Made by a program: the position numbers and the translations under genes. Below the pieces are notes generated by a model. The model made no database searches, had not been told where the DNA came from, and saw nothing but the letters and a program-made list of their open reading frames with translations. Below, one piece after another: positions 10,276 to 20,087 of a DNA stretch of 64,000 nt. The DNA lies in NCBI GenBank assembly GCA_051532055.1, contig JAOPTX010000012.1:1-64000 (forward strand). Reading direction: 5' to 3'. How positions within the stretch are numbered: the first letter of the stretch is position 1; each line of letters opens with the position of its first letter. The DNA is from Fibrobacterales bacterium. Its GTDB lineage: Bacteria; Fibrobacterota; Fibrobacteria; Fibrobacterales; JAOPTW01.

Positions 10276-11376
10276 TTACCTCCTAATGCTATTCAGTGAA
10301 GGGTGCTGGTTTTTATAAATTTCCAGCCTATCGCTTTTAATGTGCTCAAATGTACAAAAATCAAGTGATTCTTTCCACGAATTATCCTTAAAATCATTCC
10401 ACCGATACCCATTTGGTATTTCCATTTCCCCCGTAAACAAGTAGAGGTCATCAAAAAGCCCATGTTCAATTATGGCTTGAGCTAATTGAGCCCCGGGTTC
10501 AATGAGGATATGATGTACCTTCTTTTCATAAAGGCTCTCAAAAAGTTCTCGCAAGTTCTGTTCTAGATTAAGCCCTGACAAAGGAATGGGAGTTACATGA
10601 GATGAATATGTAACGTTACTTTTCACATCAAATGCAACAAATATCGACCGTCCATCATCCCTGAATATTTTCAAATTCTGAGGTGTAGTCCCTGAATAAT
10701 CAAGGAGTACTCTATGCGGGTCAATTTTGGAAAGCTCTCGTGAAAGACGAGTATCAAGAGCTGGGTTGTCAATTCGTGCAGTTCCTCCACCTACCATTAT
10801 TACGTCAGCAAGAGCTCTCAATTCATGAACTCTCTCTCTTGATGCTGCACTTGTAATAATCACCTGTTCTTTTTGAGCCCCTGCAATACAGCCATTACTG
10901 CTTTGCGCTATTTTCACTGTAATTTTAGGGCGTTTGTGTTTGATATAAGTAAAAAAACCAGAATATAACTCTCTCAGCTCATCTTCGAGAATAGATTCAA
11001 CAACTGTTATCCCAGCTTGTCGAAGCATTGCTATTCCTCGTCCATTAACCAAAGGGTTAGGGTCGCCAATTCCTATGATTACCGTACTCAAACCAGCATT
11101 TATGATCGCATCAACACAGGGAGGGGTTTTTCCATAGTGCGAGCAGGGCTCAAGAGTCACTACAATAGTAGAACCTTTCAATAATTGACTAGAACACTGT
11201 TTTATCGCTTGAACTTCGGCATGATCACCCCCCGCTGGCAATGTATACCCTCGTGAAATGATAGTTCCATTTTGTACTACCACTGCACCCACCGATGGGT
11301 TTGGCTGCGTACGGTTCCACCCTTTTCGCGCTTCAGCAATAGCTTCACGCATCCAATTACTATATTCAGTCTTCAT
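10276..11376 (-). CDS. ribD: Riboflavin biosynthesis deaminase/reductase
   Basis: PNPSVGAVVV, HAE, TLEPCSHYGKTPPC, DPNPLVNGRG, plus a C-terminal reductase domain. Confidence 0.96.
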   Translation of the reverse strand: MKTEYSNWMREAIAEARKGWNRTQPNPSVGAVVVQNGTIISRGYTLPAGGDHAEVQAIKQCSSQLLKGSTIVVTLEPCSHYGKTPPCVDAIINAGLSTVIIGIGDPNPLVNGRGIAMLRQAGITVVESILEDELRELYSGFFTYIKHKRPKITVKIAQSSNGCIAGAQKEQVIITSAASRERVHELRALADVIMVGGGTARIDNPALDTRLSRELSKIDPHRVLLDYSGTTPQNLKIFRDDGRSIFVAFDVKSNVTYSSHVTPIPLSGLNLEQNLRELFESLYEKKVHHILIEPGAQLAQAIIEHGLFDDLYLFTGEMEIPNGYRWNDFKDNSWKESLDFCTFEHIKSDRLEIYKNQHPSLNSIRR

Positions 11377-11380
11377 AGGT

Positions 11381-11388
11381 CAAATATA
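11381..11388 (-). promoter_or_regulatory. Putative housekeeping promoter element TATATTTG directly upstream of the ribD ATG
   Basis: Matches TAnnTTTG; only 4 nt before the start codon. Confidence 0.5.
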
Positions 11389-11427
11389 ACTTATGGATTG
11401 TATTGCCCTTTGTAAAAAGAGAAAACT

Positions 11428-11454
11428 TAAGAATCCATTTAAAAAAGCCGAAAA
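11428..11454 (+). promoter_or_regulatory. Possible sigma28 (FliA)-type promoter
   Basis: TAAG-N15-GCCGAAAA versus consensus TAAA-N15-GCCGATAA, about 30 nt upstream of the 11484 ORF. Confidence 0.4.
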
Positions 11455-11483
11455 ATAAGTATACTAGTACTCTAATAATTTAA

Positions 11484-11816
11484 ATGAGGCAAGGAGATTC
11501 ATTGAAATACCCTATAACCATACTTTTTCTCATAGTTTTTGCATCTATTATACAAGGTACGATACTCTTTGGATGGCTTACACACCACCTCTATTTTACT
11601 ATCGAGAAATTAGGGAGCTTAACCATTCTTGGTCTTGCAGTTACGGGATTTACTATGGCGTACCTCAAAATTCTTTCTGCTTCAATCAATGGATTTTGGT
11701 CTATCAAAATTATACTAGCAACCCTGCTTCAGTTCATTAATTTTGGAGTCTTTCTCGGGTTCGCCTATCTTCTTTTATTGAGCTGGGTTGATCAACCGCT
11801 CTACATTGGGCCATAA
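11484..11816 (+). CDS. Hypothetical small membrane protein (3 predicted TM helices)
   Basis: Hydrophobic 110-aa ORF filling the gap between ribD and the PfkB gene. Confidence 0.7.
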   Translation: MRQGDSLKYPITILFLIVFASIIQGTILFGWLTHHLYFTIEKLGSLTILGLAVTGFTMAYLKILSASINGFWSIKIILATLLQFINFGVFLGFAYLLLLSWVDQPLYIGP

Positions 11817-11841
11817 AAAAGCTGAGCTCATAGAGCCCAGC
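11815..11841 (-). terminator. Intrinsic terminator downstream of the PfkB kinase
   Basis: Minus strand GCTGGGCTC-TAT-GAGCTCAGC (one G-U pair) followed by T6. Confidence 0.7.
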
Positions 11842-11881
11842 CGTCACAACCAAGTGATTGTATAATTATTTATCACTGTAA

Positions 11882-12859
11882 TTATTTTTCACATTGAGCT
11901 TTTACGGCTGCAATTCTTACCCAACCTGCGTCAGGAATAACAGCCCCAAGAACCTGTACAACTTCTGCACCTGTTGCTGAAGCAAGTATTCCACACTTAT
12001 CCATTGGCCAACCCTCGACTACACCATATAAAAAACCCGCAGCCCACAAGTCACCAGCACCAGTAGTATCGATTGCATTTACAACCTGAGCATCCACTCG
12101 AGTAACCTCTCCATCTCTTTTGATGAGGGCCCCTTTTTTACCTAATTTCACTACTGAAAAGGCACATAATTTTGAGAGTTCTTCAAGCGCTGGTTCTTCA
12201 TCAAGGCCAGTAAATGCTTTAGCTTCATCTTCATTGGCAATAATGATATCTACATATTTCTCAATAACTTCTTCGAATAGAGGTTTTACCGCACCAACAA
12301 CTTCGAATGATGCTAAGTCGAGTGAAACTAACGCACCAACAGTTTTTGCCATCTCTAGTGCTTTTCTAAATACTGGTTCATTAAAAGCTAAATATCCTTC
12401 AAAATGGACTAGTTTAACCCCTGCAAACTGTTCGATAGAAATATCTTCTGGAGTTATTTCTGCAGCAACACTCAATGCAGAAAACATAGTTCGTTGTGCA
12501 TCCGGTGTCACAACAGAGAGCACTCGGCCGGAAGGATTAGTGCCAAAACAAAGTTGAGCATCAACCTGAGCTTTATTTAAGCCATCGATAAAGAGTTTAC
12601 CAAGAGCATCATCACATACTTTTCCAACAAAACGACTTGCCCCTCCTAGTTTACCAACCCCAACAATAGTGTTACATGCTGAACCGCCAGGCACCACTGA
12701 TGGTGTGATATCTGTCTTTTTGAGTGCTCCATTGACATCATCAACATCAACAAGTGTCATCCCCCCTTTAGGAGAGCCTAATGATTCGAGATAACTGTCT
12801 GATTCTTGAATTAAAAGATCTATTAACGCAGCACCGATACCCAGTATTGTTTTACTCAT
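11882..12859 (-). CDS. PfkB family carbohydrate/nucleoside kinase (adenosine kinase-like)
   Basis: KGGMTLVD, PGGSACNT, ANEDEA, AIDTTGAGDLWAAGFLYG. Confidence 0.92.
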   Translation of the reverse strand: MSKTILGIGAALIDLLIQESDSYLESLGSPKGGMTLVDVDDVNGALKKTDITPSVVPGGSACNTIVGVGKLGGASRFVGKVCDDALGKLFIDGLNKAQVDAQLCFGTNPSGRVLSVVTPDAQRTMFSALSVAAEITPEDISIEQFAGVKLVHFEGYLAFNEPVFRKALEMAKTVGALVSLDLASFEVVGAVKPLFEEVIEKYVDIIIANEDEAKAFTGLDEEPALEELSKLCAFSVVKLGKKGALIKRDGEVTRVDAQVVNAIDTTGAGDLWAAGFLYGVVEGWPMDKCGILASATGAEVVQVLGAVIPDAGWVRIAAVKAQCEK

Positions 12860-13014
12860 ATTTTTTCCAATTATTCATGACTTTATTTCAGTAATATGTA
12901 GCTCATTGTCCTCTTCTGTTCAAGGACTATTTTGGCACAATACTACCTGGGAAAGGCGAATTAATGAGCACGTTTTGCTATGGGATTCACAGAAGTAATC
13001 CAGAAAACAATTAC

Positions 13015-13926
13015 TTAACGATAATCGTCCAAGTTACTGATATTACCTTCACCTTTTTGCTTCCGGCGCTGCTCACTCACCTTCTCCAAAAACTGCTTCT
13101 CATTTTCACTCAGTGAGTTGACGCCATATTCAGAAACTTTTTTTAGTATAGCATCGAGTGTTTCATTAGAATCATGCGGTGAATGAGGGTCATACTCTTC
13201 ACTTTTGTCAGATGTTTTAGCAAAGGTCTGTTTTACCTTATCAGTAAAATTTGAAAAACTATTTTCTTGCGTACCCTGAAATTGAAACCCCGAACTCAAA
13301 TTCCCTTTATATAAAAAGGTCATGTATAAAAAGCCACCAAGTGCCCCCATTACATGAGTGAGGTGCGCCAAACCACCTGTTGATCCATAGATCAAAGTTT
13401 TAGCCGCTAAGAATGATTCAATGACAATCATTCCAATAAAAAGAACTTTAATTTTCATTGGTACAACAAACATTAAAAGTACTGTAGATTCGGGGTGGTT
13501 TTTGTAGAAAAGAAAAAGGATTGCATAGATTGCACCTGATGCTCCAATAACAAGAACGTGATTGCCACTAATGCTATATAATATCCCGCTTAACAACCCA
13601 GCAAATGTCCCTGATATAAGGTAAATTTTAAGAAATTCTTTATCGCCTATATCTTGAGCGATTGTATTACCAAACATCCAGAGCCCAAAAATCATATTTG
13701 CACCAAGATGCATTAGATCTCCATGCAGAAACATATAGGTGAATATACTCCATGGCTTTCCAAATAAGGTTTCTGGACTAAAACTGAGAAGAATTGATGG
13801 ATCCAGCCCAAATAATGCGTACAAGTATTGATTCAATACCGGGCTAATCATTCCAATAAGAAAAATGACCACATTTATTATCATTAGCTTTTTTATAACA
13901 GGAGATATTTCACTAAATGGTATCAC
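13015..13926 (-). CDS. Rhomboid intramembrane serine protease with a C-terminal DUF6576-like tail
   Basis: TYMFLHGDLMHLGANM, IGASGA (catalytic Ser), AHLTHVMGALGG; tail LDAILKKVSEYGVNSLSENEKQFL. Confidence 0.92.
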   Translation of the reverse strand: MIPFSEISPVIKKLMIINVVIFLIGMISPVLNQYLYALFGLDPSILLSFSPETLFGKPWSIFTYMFLHGDLMHLGANMIFGLWMFGNTIAQDIGDKEFLKIYLISGTFAGLLSGILYSISGNHVLVIGASGAIYAILFLFYKNHPESTVLLMFVVPMKIKVLFIGMIVIESFLAAKTLIYGSTGGLAHLTHVMGALGGFLYMTFLYKGNLSSGFQFQGTQENSFSNFTDKVKQTFAKTSDKSEEYDPHSPHDSNETLDAILKKVSEYGVNSLSENEKQFLEKVSEQRRKQKGEGNISNLDDYR

Positions 13927-13938
13927 GATAAGCCTTTA

Positions 13939-14412
13939 TTATAGGAATGGGATAATTTCTGAAGGTACAAATTCAGCAATAGTATGACCGTTTTTAAGTA
14001 AGTCTCGTATTATTGATGAAGAAATTGCTGATAAATTAGGGTCGCTTGCTAGAAGCACGGTTTCACATTCAGGATAGAGCTTTTTATTAACCTGAGCAAG
14101 TTGATTTTCAAACTCAAAATCAATGCTATTTCTAATGCCCCGAACAATAGTCCTAATAGAATTTTTTTTAAGATACTCAACCGTGAGCCCTTCCCAGGTA
14201 TCAACGGTAACATTAGGAAGAGTCGCAGTGACACTCTCTATCATTGCAACTCTTTGCTCAATGGGGTAAAGCCCTTTTTTATCACCATTAATCCCTATAA
14301 GAATTGTTACAGAATCAAACAACTCTACCGTTCTTTCAATAATGTTACAATGCCCTAAAGTTATAGGGTCAAATGAGCCAGGTATAATAGTCATTGATCG
14401 TTTCATAGCCAT
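13939..14412 (-). CDS. coaD: Phosphopantetheine adenylyltransferase
   Basis: PGSFDPITLGH, IVRGIRNSIDFEFE, ISSSIIR. Confidence 0.96.
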   Translation of the reverse strand: MAMKRSMTIIPGSFDPITLGHCNIIERTVELFDSVTILIGINGDKKGLYPIEQRVAMIESVTATLPNVTVDTWEGLTVEYLKKNSIRTIVRGIRNSIDFEFENQLAQVNKKLYPECETVLLASDPNLSAISSSIIRDLLKNGHTIAEFVPSEIIPFL

Positions 14413-14933
14413 TAATTATAAAAAAATGCGAGGCAACTTTCGCCATAACGTTTAATTTTATCAGCCGATTCCAACCATGCAATTTTTTCTCTCGATGGAT
14501 ATTGAAATATAGCTGTTCCGCCAGGGGCGAGTTTATCACGTACATCATTAAACTCAGGATACTCTTTTACAAATGGTGGATCGCAAAAAAGCACATCAAT
14601 ACTCCCTTGAGGCATTGAATTATAATATTTTACTGCATCCATTGACACAAGTTTTATTGTCGTCGTTTTTAGTGCTTTTAAATTCTCTTGTATACACTGA
14701 ATAGCAGGTCGTGCATTTTCAAGAAGAATTACTGACGCAGCCCCTCGACTTGCCGCTTCAATACCAACACTTCCAGAACCTGCGTAGAGATCGACAAAAG
14801 ATGCCCCTTCTACATCATCAATAATATTAAAAAGCGCTTCTCGGACTCGAGACCCTGTAGGTCGAGTTTCATTGCCCGGTGGTGTTTTTAGACTTCTACT
14901 GCGATATTCACCGCCTGTAATACGTGTGCCCAT
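14412..14933 (-). CDS. rsmD: 16S rRNA m2G966 methyltransferase
   Basis: RITGGEYRSR, TRPTGSRVREALFN, DLYAGSGSVGIEAASRGA, DPPF; usual rsmD-coaD pairing. Confidence 0.93.
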   Translation of the reverse strand: MGTRITGGEYRSRSLKTPPGNETRPTGSRVREALFNIIDDVEGASFVDLYAGSGSVGIEAASRGAASVILLENARPAIQCIQENLKALKTTTIKLVSMDAVKYYNSMPQGSIDVLFCDPPFVKEYPEFNDVRDKLAPGGTAIFQYPSREKIAWLESADKIKRYGESCLAFFYN

Positions 14934-14935
14934 AG

Positions 14936-15925
14936 TTACTCTTTTACGTAATAGACGAGATCTAAAGTAGAATTCATTTTTTGGTCAACAGTAGGGACCA
15001 CAGAAAGTTGTAAAATACCAACAGGAATCTTCTTTTGATGCAGTGTTTGTACAAATCGGGTAAGATCATTGAATCCACTTGAAACCATGAGCGTATAAGA
15101 ATAACTTCGATATCCATGCAAAGCCCGTGGTCGTTTTTTCTCCAAATTCTGTACACTTACTCTCATATTTTCTGCAACATCAATAAGGTTTCTATTCAAG
15201 TTTTTAATCTGATCCTTTGCAACAAAGGTCACTTTGCGCTCATTAAGCTCTCTGTGTTTTACTGAGCCATAGAGATTAAACTCTTGTGTGTTTCCAACCA
15301 GCCCCACATTTTTTACAGGGTTCTCTTTGAATTTTGATGATACTGATTTTAGAGCTTTTTTAAACTGACGATAATTAAGTGGGTCTGATGCAAGACCATG
15401 AAGATAGTAATACCCAGGGATTTTAATCACCACTTTTCCAAAAGTCACCTTAAGTGATGCTGCATCGCCAACTCTCTTTAAGGTAGTATACATCATTAAT
15501 TTCTGGTTTTTAATTTTTTCAAAATCAAGGAGCTTAGGTATGGGTTTTTTCTTCTTTTGTTCGATACTTTGACGCATTCCCATAACGATCTCTTCAACAA
15601 CATTCTCTTCGTTAATAGAAATTTGAGGAAGAGGTTTTGAAACATCTTTTAGCCCTATTTCATCGATTGGCATTTCAACAATAACAGACTCCGTACTCAA
15701 ACTTCCTTCAATAACATCAGGAGCCATCAACTTTTGGATTAATACAGGTGCAAATGCAAAAATAATGATAATCCATGCGACAATAGTGATCGAAGCAAGA
15801 ATCATTAATCGCTTATTTTTCCGAGCCGACGCTACCGAATCACTGACGAGGTGACTGAGGTCTTCACCGAGCTCCTGAGCAACTGATGCGAGCGCATCCT
15901 GTTTGAGTAGATTTATCTCGATCAT
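14936..15925 (-). CDS. PilN-like membrane protein, possibly with a fused PilO-like C-terminal domain
   Basis: Starts with MIEINLL (PilN-type INLL motif), has one TM helix and overlaps the pilM stop. Confidence 0.55.
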   Translation of the reverse strand: MIEINLLKQDALASVAQELGEDLSHLVSDSVASARKNKRLMILASITIVAWIIIIFAFAPVLIQKLMAPDVIEGSLSTESVIVEMPIDEIGLKDVSKPLPQISINEENVVEEIVMGMRQSIEQKKKKPIPKLLDFEKIKNQKLMMYTTLKRVGDAASLKVTFGKVVIKIPGYYYLHGLASDPLNYRQFKKALKSVSSKFKENPVKNVGLVGNTQEFNLYGSVKHRELNERKVTFVAKDQIKNLNRNLIDVAENMRVSVQNLEKKRPRALHGYRSYSYTLMVSSGFNDLTRFVQTLHQKKIPVGILQLSVVPTVDQKMNSTLDLVYYVKE

Positions 15926-16932
15926 GAGTTAGCCTTTAAAGAATCTCGCATAGCTAAACCAAGTGCTGCAGCTGCTGGCGCTTCCATCGCAGGCTTATCA
16001 CAATCAGGACTCAATTTTGCGAATGTAAAGGGATTGAGTTTAACCATCTTCCGTGAAAGATCTGATTTAAGTGCCCCCATGAAGTCTTCGTTTTCGGCAA
16101 GGTCGCCACAAACAAAAACATTCGCTTTACCCGCTGAAGCTTCTGGTATTTCTTCACCCTCTTCGGCTACAGCTTCTTTTGGTTGTTCTTCAGCTTCTGG
16201 TTCGGCCCCTTCAGGAGTTCCTTCTTCAAGAGCTGCTGCAGCTTCTTTTTTCGTAATAGCGAAAACTGCCGTTGTAATTTCTTGTTCAATTGCTTGAGTT
16301 ATTTCGGAGAATTCACCCTCGCTAAACGCCTCGACAGTCACCGGAATACTTATCAATTTTTCCATTAAAAATTGATAGACCCAGATTACGGCAACGACAT
16401 CTTGGTCTGCTTTAATAATAATATTATGCCCAGATGAGTCCACATCTTCTTTCATTATCTCAAGAGCATTAATAGCAGCAAATACATCCATATCAACAAC
16501 ACCCAAAGGCACATTGAGCTCTCTGCTTTGTTTAATGATTCCTTCCACATCTACTTTGCGGGTAGCCACAACCATTGCTCGCTTATATAATTCTTCACCT
16601 TCAACAGGGAGAATTTGAGCATCGTAATAATATTGATCAAGTGAATCACAAATGTAATTTTCTATTTCCCAACGAATATATTCGTCCACATCTTTAATTT
16701 CTTTAGGAATTAATACTGATCGGACAATTGAATTTTGAGACCGTATGGAGAAGACACACTCAACATCTTTATTGGCATCTCCCGTTTTTGAAACGAGGTA
16801 ATTTTTAATTTCATCGATATCGTCTGTCTCTTTTATTTCAAGATCCAAAACAGTACCTGTATCATGATCAAACTCAACAAGCTTAGTTGTTGATTCTCCC
16901 ATTTCTATACCAATAACGACTCTCGATGACAT
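15922..16932 (-). CDS. pilM: Type IV pilus assembly protein PilM-like (actin fold)
   Basis: VIGIEMGESTTKLVE, YIRWEIENYI, MVVATRK, VVDMDVFAAINA, LNPF, AAALGLAMR. Confidence 0.8.
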   Translation of the reverse strand: MSSRVVIGIEMGESTTKLVEFDHDTGTVLDLEIKETDDIDEIKNYLVSKTGDANKDVECVFSIRSQNSIVRSVLIPKEIKDVDEYIRWEIENYICDSLDQYYYDAQILPVEGEELYKRAMVVATRKVDVEGIIKQSRELNVPLGVVDMDVFAAINALEIMKEDVDSSGHNIIIKADQDVVAVIWVYQFLMEKLISIPVTVEAFSEGEFSEITQAIEQEITTAVFAITKKEAAAALEEGTPEGAEPEAEEQPKEAVAEEGEEIPEASAGKANVFVCGDLAENEDFMGALKSDLSRKMVKLNPFTFAKLSPDCDKPAMEAPAAAALGLAMRDSLKANS

Positions 16933-16944
16933 TACACTCCTCGA

Positions 16945-17421
16945 CTATTTGGTAAATGTAATTTGATTACGAAGTCTTTGCAATTTTTTATTCCCAATAC
17001 CTTTAACCTCTAATAATTCATCCATGGACTTAAAATCACCATTCTTTACCCTAAAATTAACAATGTGCTGTGCCAATTTAGGACCAACTCCGGGAAGCTG
17101 AGTCAGTTCAAGAGCTGATGCACTATTTATCTGTATTAGCTTATCGGCTCTTTTTTGAGGTTTCTTGATATTTTCATCTATTTTAGAGAGTGAATCCTCT
17201 CTAAAATTATCTTGGGGCGGCATGTTTGTTTCTATAGATTCACTTTGACGAAAAGCAAGTCCCTCTTTCGGTGCTTTAACGATTGTGGGTACATAGCTAC
17301 TTTTCACCACCTCAACGTCTCCACTATTTGGGGCATACCAAGTTCTATACACTCGGGTCCCAATACCAATGGAAAAGAATAGCGCTGCCAAAATAAGGGC
17401 TTTTTTCTCTAATGAAGTCAA
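16945..17421 (-). CDS. comEA: ComEA family helix-hairpin-helix DNA-binding protein
   Basis: N-terminal TM helix; INSASALELTQLPGVGPKLAQHIVNFR...FKSMDELLEVKGIG. Confidence 0.88.
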   Translation of the reverse strand: MTSLEKKALILAALFFSIGIGTRVYRTWYAPNSGDVEVVKSSYVPTIVKAPKEGLAFRQSESIETNMPPQDNFREDSLSKIDENIKKPQKRADKLIQINSASALELTQLPGVGPKLAQHIVNFRVKNGDFKSMDELLEVKGIGNKKLQRLRNQITFTK

Positions 17422-17433
17422 GTACTCTCTCTC

Positions 17434-19065
17434 TTAGCTATTTGCTGATTTAAGCAAGTTTAGAAATAGAGGTGATGGTTTAATCAGACTCGAAGTCAAT
17501 TCTGGATGAAATTGACATGCCATGAAAAATTTATGCCCTGGAATCTCCATAATCTGCATAATATCTTCTTTTGCCGCTTTACCAGAAAAGAGCAATCCTG
17601 CAGCTTCAATCTCTGGAACATATTGAGGGTTAACCTCATAACGATGGCGAAAACGTGCTCGGGTAAAATCAGAACCATAAATCTCTTCAGCGCGAGACCC
17701 CTTAGTAATCAAAACATCTTGACCGCCAAGGCGCATTGTCGCCCCCATATCTTTAATATTCTCTTGACCAGGTAAGAAACCAATTATTGGCGCTTTTACT
17801 GTAAAACCATCTCTTTCAGATTCTATTGTTCCAGCACCATCTATTTTAGCAACATTTCGTGCATATTCGACTACTGCAAGCTGCATACCATAGCATATTC
17901 CTAAAAAAGGCAAGTTATTTTCACGAGCATATTTAATCAGTGTAATTTTGCCCTCTGAACCTCTATAGCCAAAGCCGCCAGGAACGATTATGCCATCTAC
18001 ACCTTCGAGCACTATTTTAGGGTCAAGCTTTTTTACATCAACTTCTTCAGTATCTATCCATTTAATATTTGCTTTAAGGTCAAGATGAGCAGCACCGTGA
18101 TTGATTGACTCTACTACTGATGCATAGGAGTCTTCGAGGGAAGTATATTTACCACAAATTGCGATAGTTAATTCTTTACGTGGATTCTCGTTATTACGGT
18201 TAATATTATCAACTAATTGCCCCCACTCTTCGAGCTCTGGTGGAGCGTACAAACGGAGTTTTTCAGTAATTATCTCTGGAATGCCTTCTTTGACATAGAT
18301 CATCGGTACTTCGTAGACATTAGAAACATCGACGCCCGATATAACATGGCTTGGATCGAGATTACAAAAAAGACCAATTTTCTTTTTAATATGCGGGTCC
18401 AAATATTCTGAACAACGCGCCACAATAATATCTGGATAGATACCATGGGCATTAAGATCTTTTACGGACATTTGTGTCGGTTTAGATTTTTGTTCGTTTA
18501 CACCACTTGGAATTGGAACGTATGTAAGATGTACAAAAAGAATATTTTCGCTTCCTACATCGTGTTGAAGTTGACGTACTGCTTCGAGGTAAAATTGGTT
18601 TTCGAGGTCACCCACTGTACCACCAACTTCAATCATTACAATATCAGCTTCTTCTTCATTAGCAATTTCAAAAAATTTTGATTTAATCAGATCTGTAACG
18701 TGAGGAATAAACTGGACTGTTTGACCAAGAAAGTAGCCTTCACGTTCTTTGTCCATAATCTCTTTAAACACTTTGCCCATAGTGAGGTTTTGCTTAAATT
18801 TAGCATTCACTTGCATGTAGCGTTCATAATGACCAAAGTCCATGTCTACTTCGCCGCCATCATCAAGTACAAATACTTCACCATGTTCTGTAGGATTCAT
18901 TGTTCCAGGATCAGTATTGAGATAGCCATCACATTTAATAGGTACGACCTTTCGACGCCCCGAAAGAATAGCCCCTATTGATGCTGTAGTAATCCCTTTT
19001 CCAAGGCCTGACAACACACCACCTGTGACAACAATAAACTTTGTTTTGTTATTATATTTACTCAT
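17434..19065 (-). CDS. pyrG: CTP synthase
   Basis: TGGVLSGLGKG, DPGTMNP, EVGGTVGD, KSKPTQ, GICYGMQ, RHRYEVN, QFHPE. Confidence 0.98.
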   Translation of the reverse strand: MSKYNNKTKFIVVTGGVLSGLGKGITTASIGAILSGRRKVVPIKCDGYLNTDPGTMNPTEHGEVFVLDDGGEVDMDFGHYERYMQVNAKFKQNLTMGKVFKEIMDKEREGYFLGQTVQFIPHVTDLIKSKFFEIANEEEADIVMIEVGGTVGDLENQFYLEAVRQLQHDVGSENILFVHLTYVPIPSGVNEQKSKPTQMSVKDLNAHGIYPDIIVARCSEYLDPHIKKKIGLFCNLDPSHVISGVDVSNVYEVPMIYVKEGIPEIITEKLRLYAPPELEEWGQLVDNINRNNENPRKELTIAICGKYTSLEDSYASVVESINHGAAHLDLKANIKWIDTEEVDVKKLDPKIVLEGVDGIIVPGGFGYRGSEGKITLIKYARENNLPFLGICYGMQLAVVEYARNVAKIDGAGTIESERDGFTVKAPIIGFLPGQENIKDMGATMRLGGQDVLITKGSRAEEIYGSDFTRARFRHRYEVNPQYVPEIEAAGLLFSGKAAKEDIMQIMEIPGHKFFMACQFHPELTSSLIKPSPLFLNLLKSANS

Positions 19066-19076
19066 ATCTGTTCCTG

Positions 19077-19799
19077 TTACTGCGTTACTAGCTGTGCATA
19101 CCGTTTTGCAAAAATATTTTCAACTATCGCTATATCTTCTGGAATATCAACAGAATGCGACTCATGCTCAACTAGTTCGACCTTTATTTTTGTTTCGGGA
19201 AAAATTCTCAATTGCTCTAATGATAGTAATTTTTCAGCATCTGACTGCGGAGAAGCAGAAAAATTTTGGAGGGTTTTTAAGGTAAACCCATAGATACCTT
19301 TATGCTTATACATTTTTGACTTTTTACACTCTGGAAGTCTCAAAAAATCAGTTGCAAATCCATTTTCATCTATCATAACCTTGACAACACTCGGTACATC
19401 AAGGAATTGTTCTTGCAGTGGAACCGCTGCAGTAACCCAACCATGAGGATAGGTGCGGAGAGATTCACAGAGTACGGGGAAAAGCAATGGATCAACAACG
19501 GGTTCATCACCTTGTAAATTGATGATTGCATTTAATTGAAGGGCTTCTGCCGCCTCTAGTACACGATCAGAGCCCGTTATACATTCTCTTTTACTTATAT
19601 ATGCCTCATATCCTTCAGAAACCACAAGGGATGCTATCTCTTCAGAATCAGTTGCACATATAATTCGATCAAAACAATCGGCTTCATGAGCACGGTCAAG
19701 GGTATGGAGAATCATCGCTCTTTCACTAATAAGAGCAAGCGGTTTGGAGGGGAAGCGAGTTGAACCGATGCGTGCCGGAACAACGCAGCTAATTTGCAC
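19077..19799 (-). CDS. kdsB: 3-deoxy-manno-octulosonate cytidylyltransferase
   Basis: PARIGSTRFPSKPL, TGSDR, NLQGDEP, SLEQLR, SVDIPED. Confidence 0.9.
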   Translation of the reverse strand: MQISCVVPARIGSTRFPSKPLALISERAMILHTLDRAHEADCFDRIICATDSEEIASLVVSEGYEAYISKRECITGSDRVLEAAEALQLNAIINLQGDEPVVDPLLFPVLCESLRTYPHGWVTAAVPLQEQFLDVPSVVKVMIDENGFATDFLRLPECKKSKMYKHKGIYGFTLKTLQNFSASPQSDAEKLLSLEQLRIFPETKIKVELVEHESHSVDIPEDIAIVENIFAKRYAQLVTQ

Positions 19800-19801
19800 T
19801 A

Positions 19802-20086
19802 TTAACCAATAACCTTTGGGATAGTATAGTGATCTTGGCCAGTTGCGGGTGCGTTTTTAAATGCCTCTTCACGACTCAGTGATTCACCAACTACATCAGG
19901 TCTGAGGTCTGTTACATGATCATCAACTCGAGTCATTGGCTCTACATTTGCGAGGTCAAGCTCTTGTAGCTCATCCATATAGCCAACAAGTTTCTCAAGG
20001 TGCTTCTTATATCCTTCGATCTCATCCTCTTTAATCGCAATACGTGAAAGTTTTCCGAGTCTGAGTACATCTTCATTGGTTATCAT
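19802..20086 (-). CDS. gatC: Asp/Glu-tRNA amidotransferase subunit C
   Basis: ITNEDVLRLGKLSRI, LRPDVV, NAP...TIPKVI. Confidence 0.93.
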   Translation of the reverse strand: MITNEDVLRLGKLSRIAIKEDEIEGYKKHLEKLVGYMDELQELDLANVEPMTRVDDHVTDLRPDVVGESLSREEAFKNAPATGQDHYTIPKVIG

Positions 20087-20087
20087 T

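Noticed and set aside
11377..11483. FMN riboswitch upstream of the rib operon
   Set aside because: Region is short and AT-rich with no recognisable RFN conserved segments
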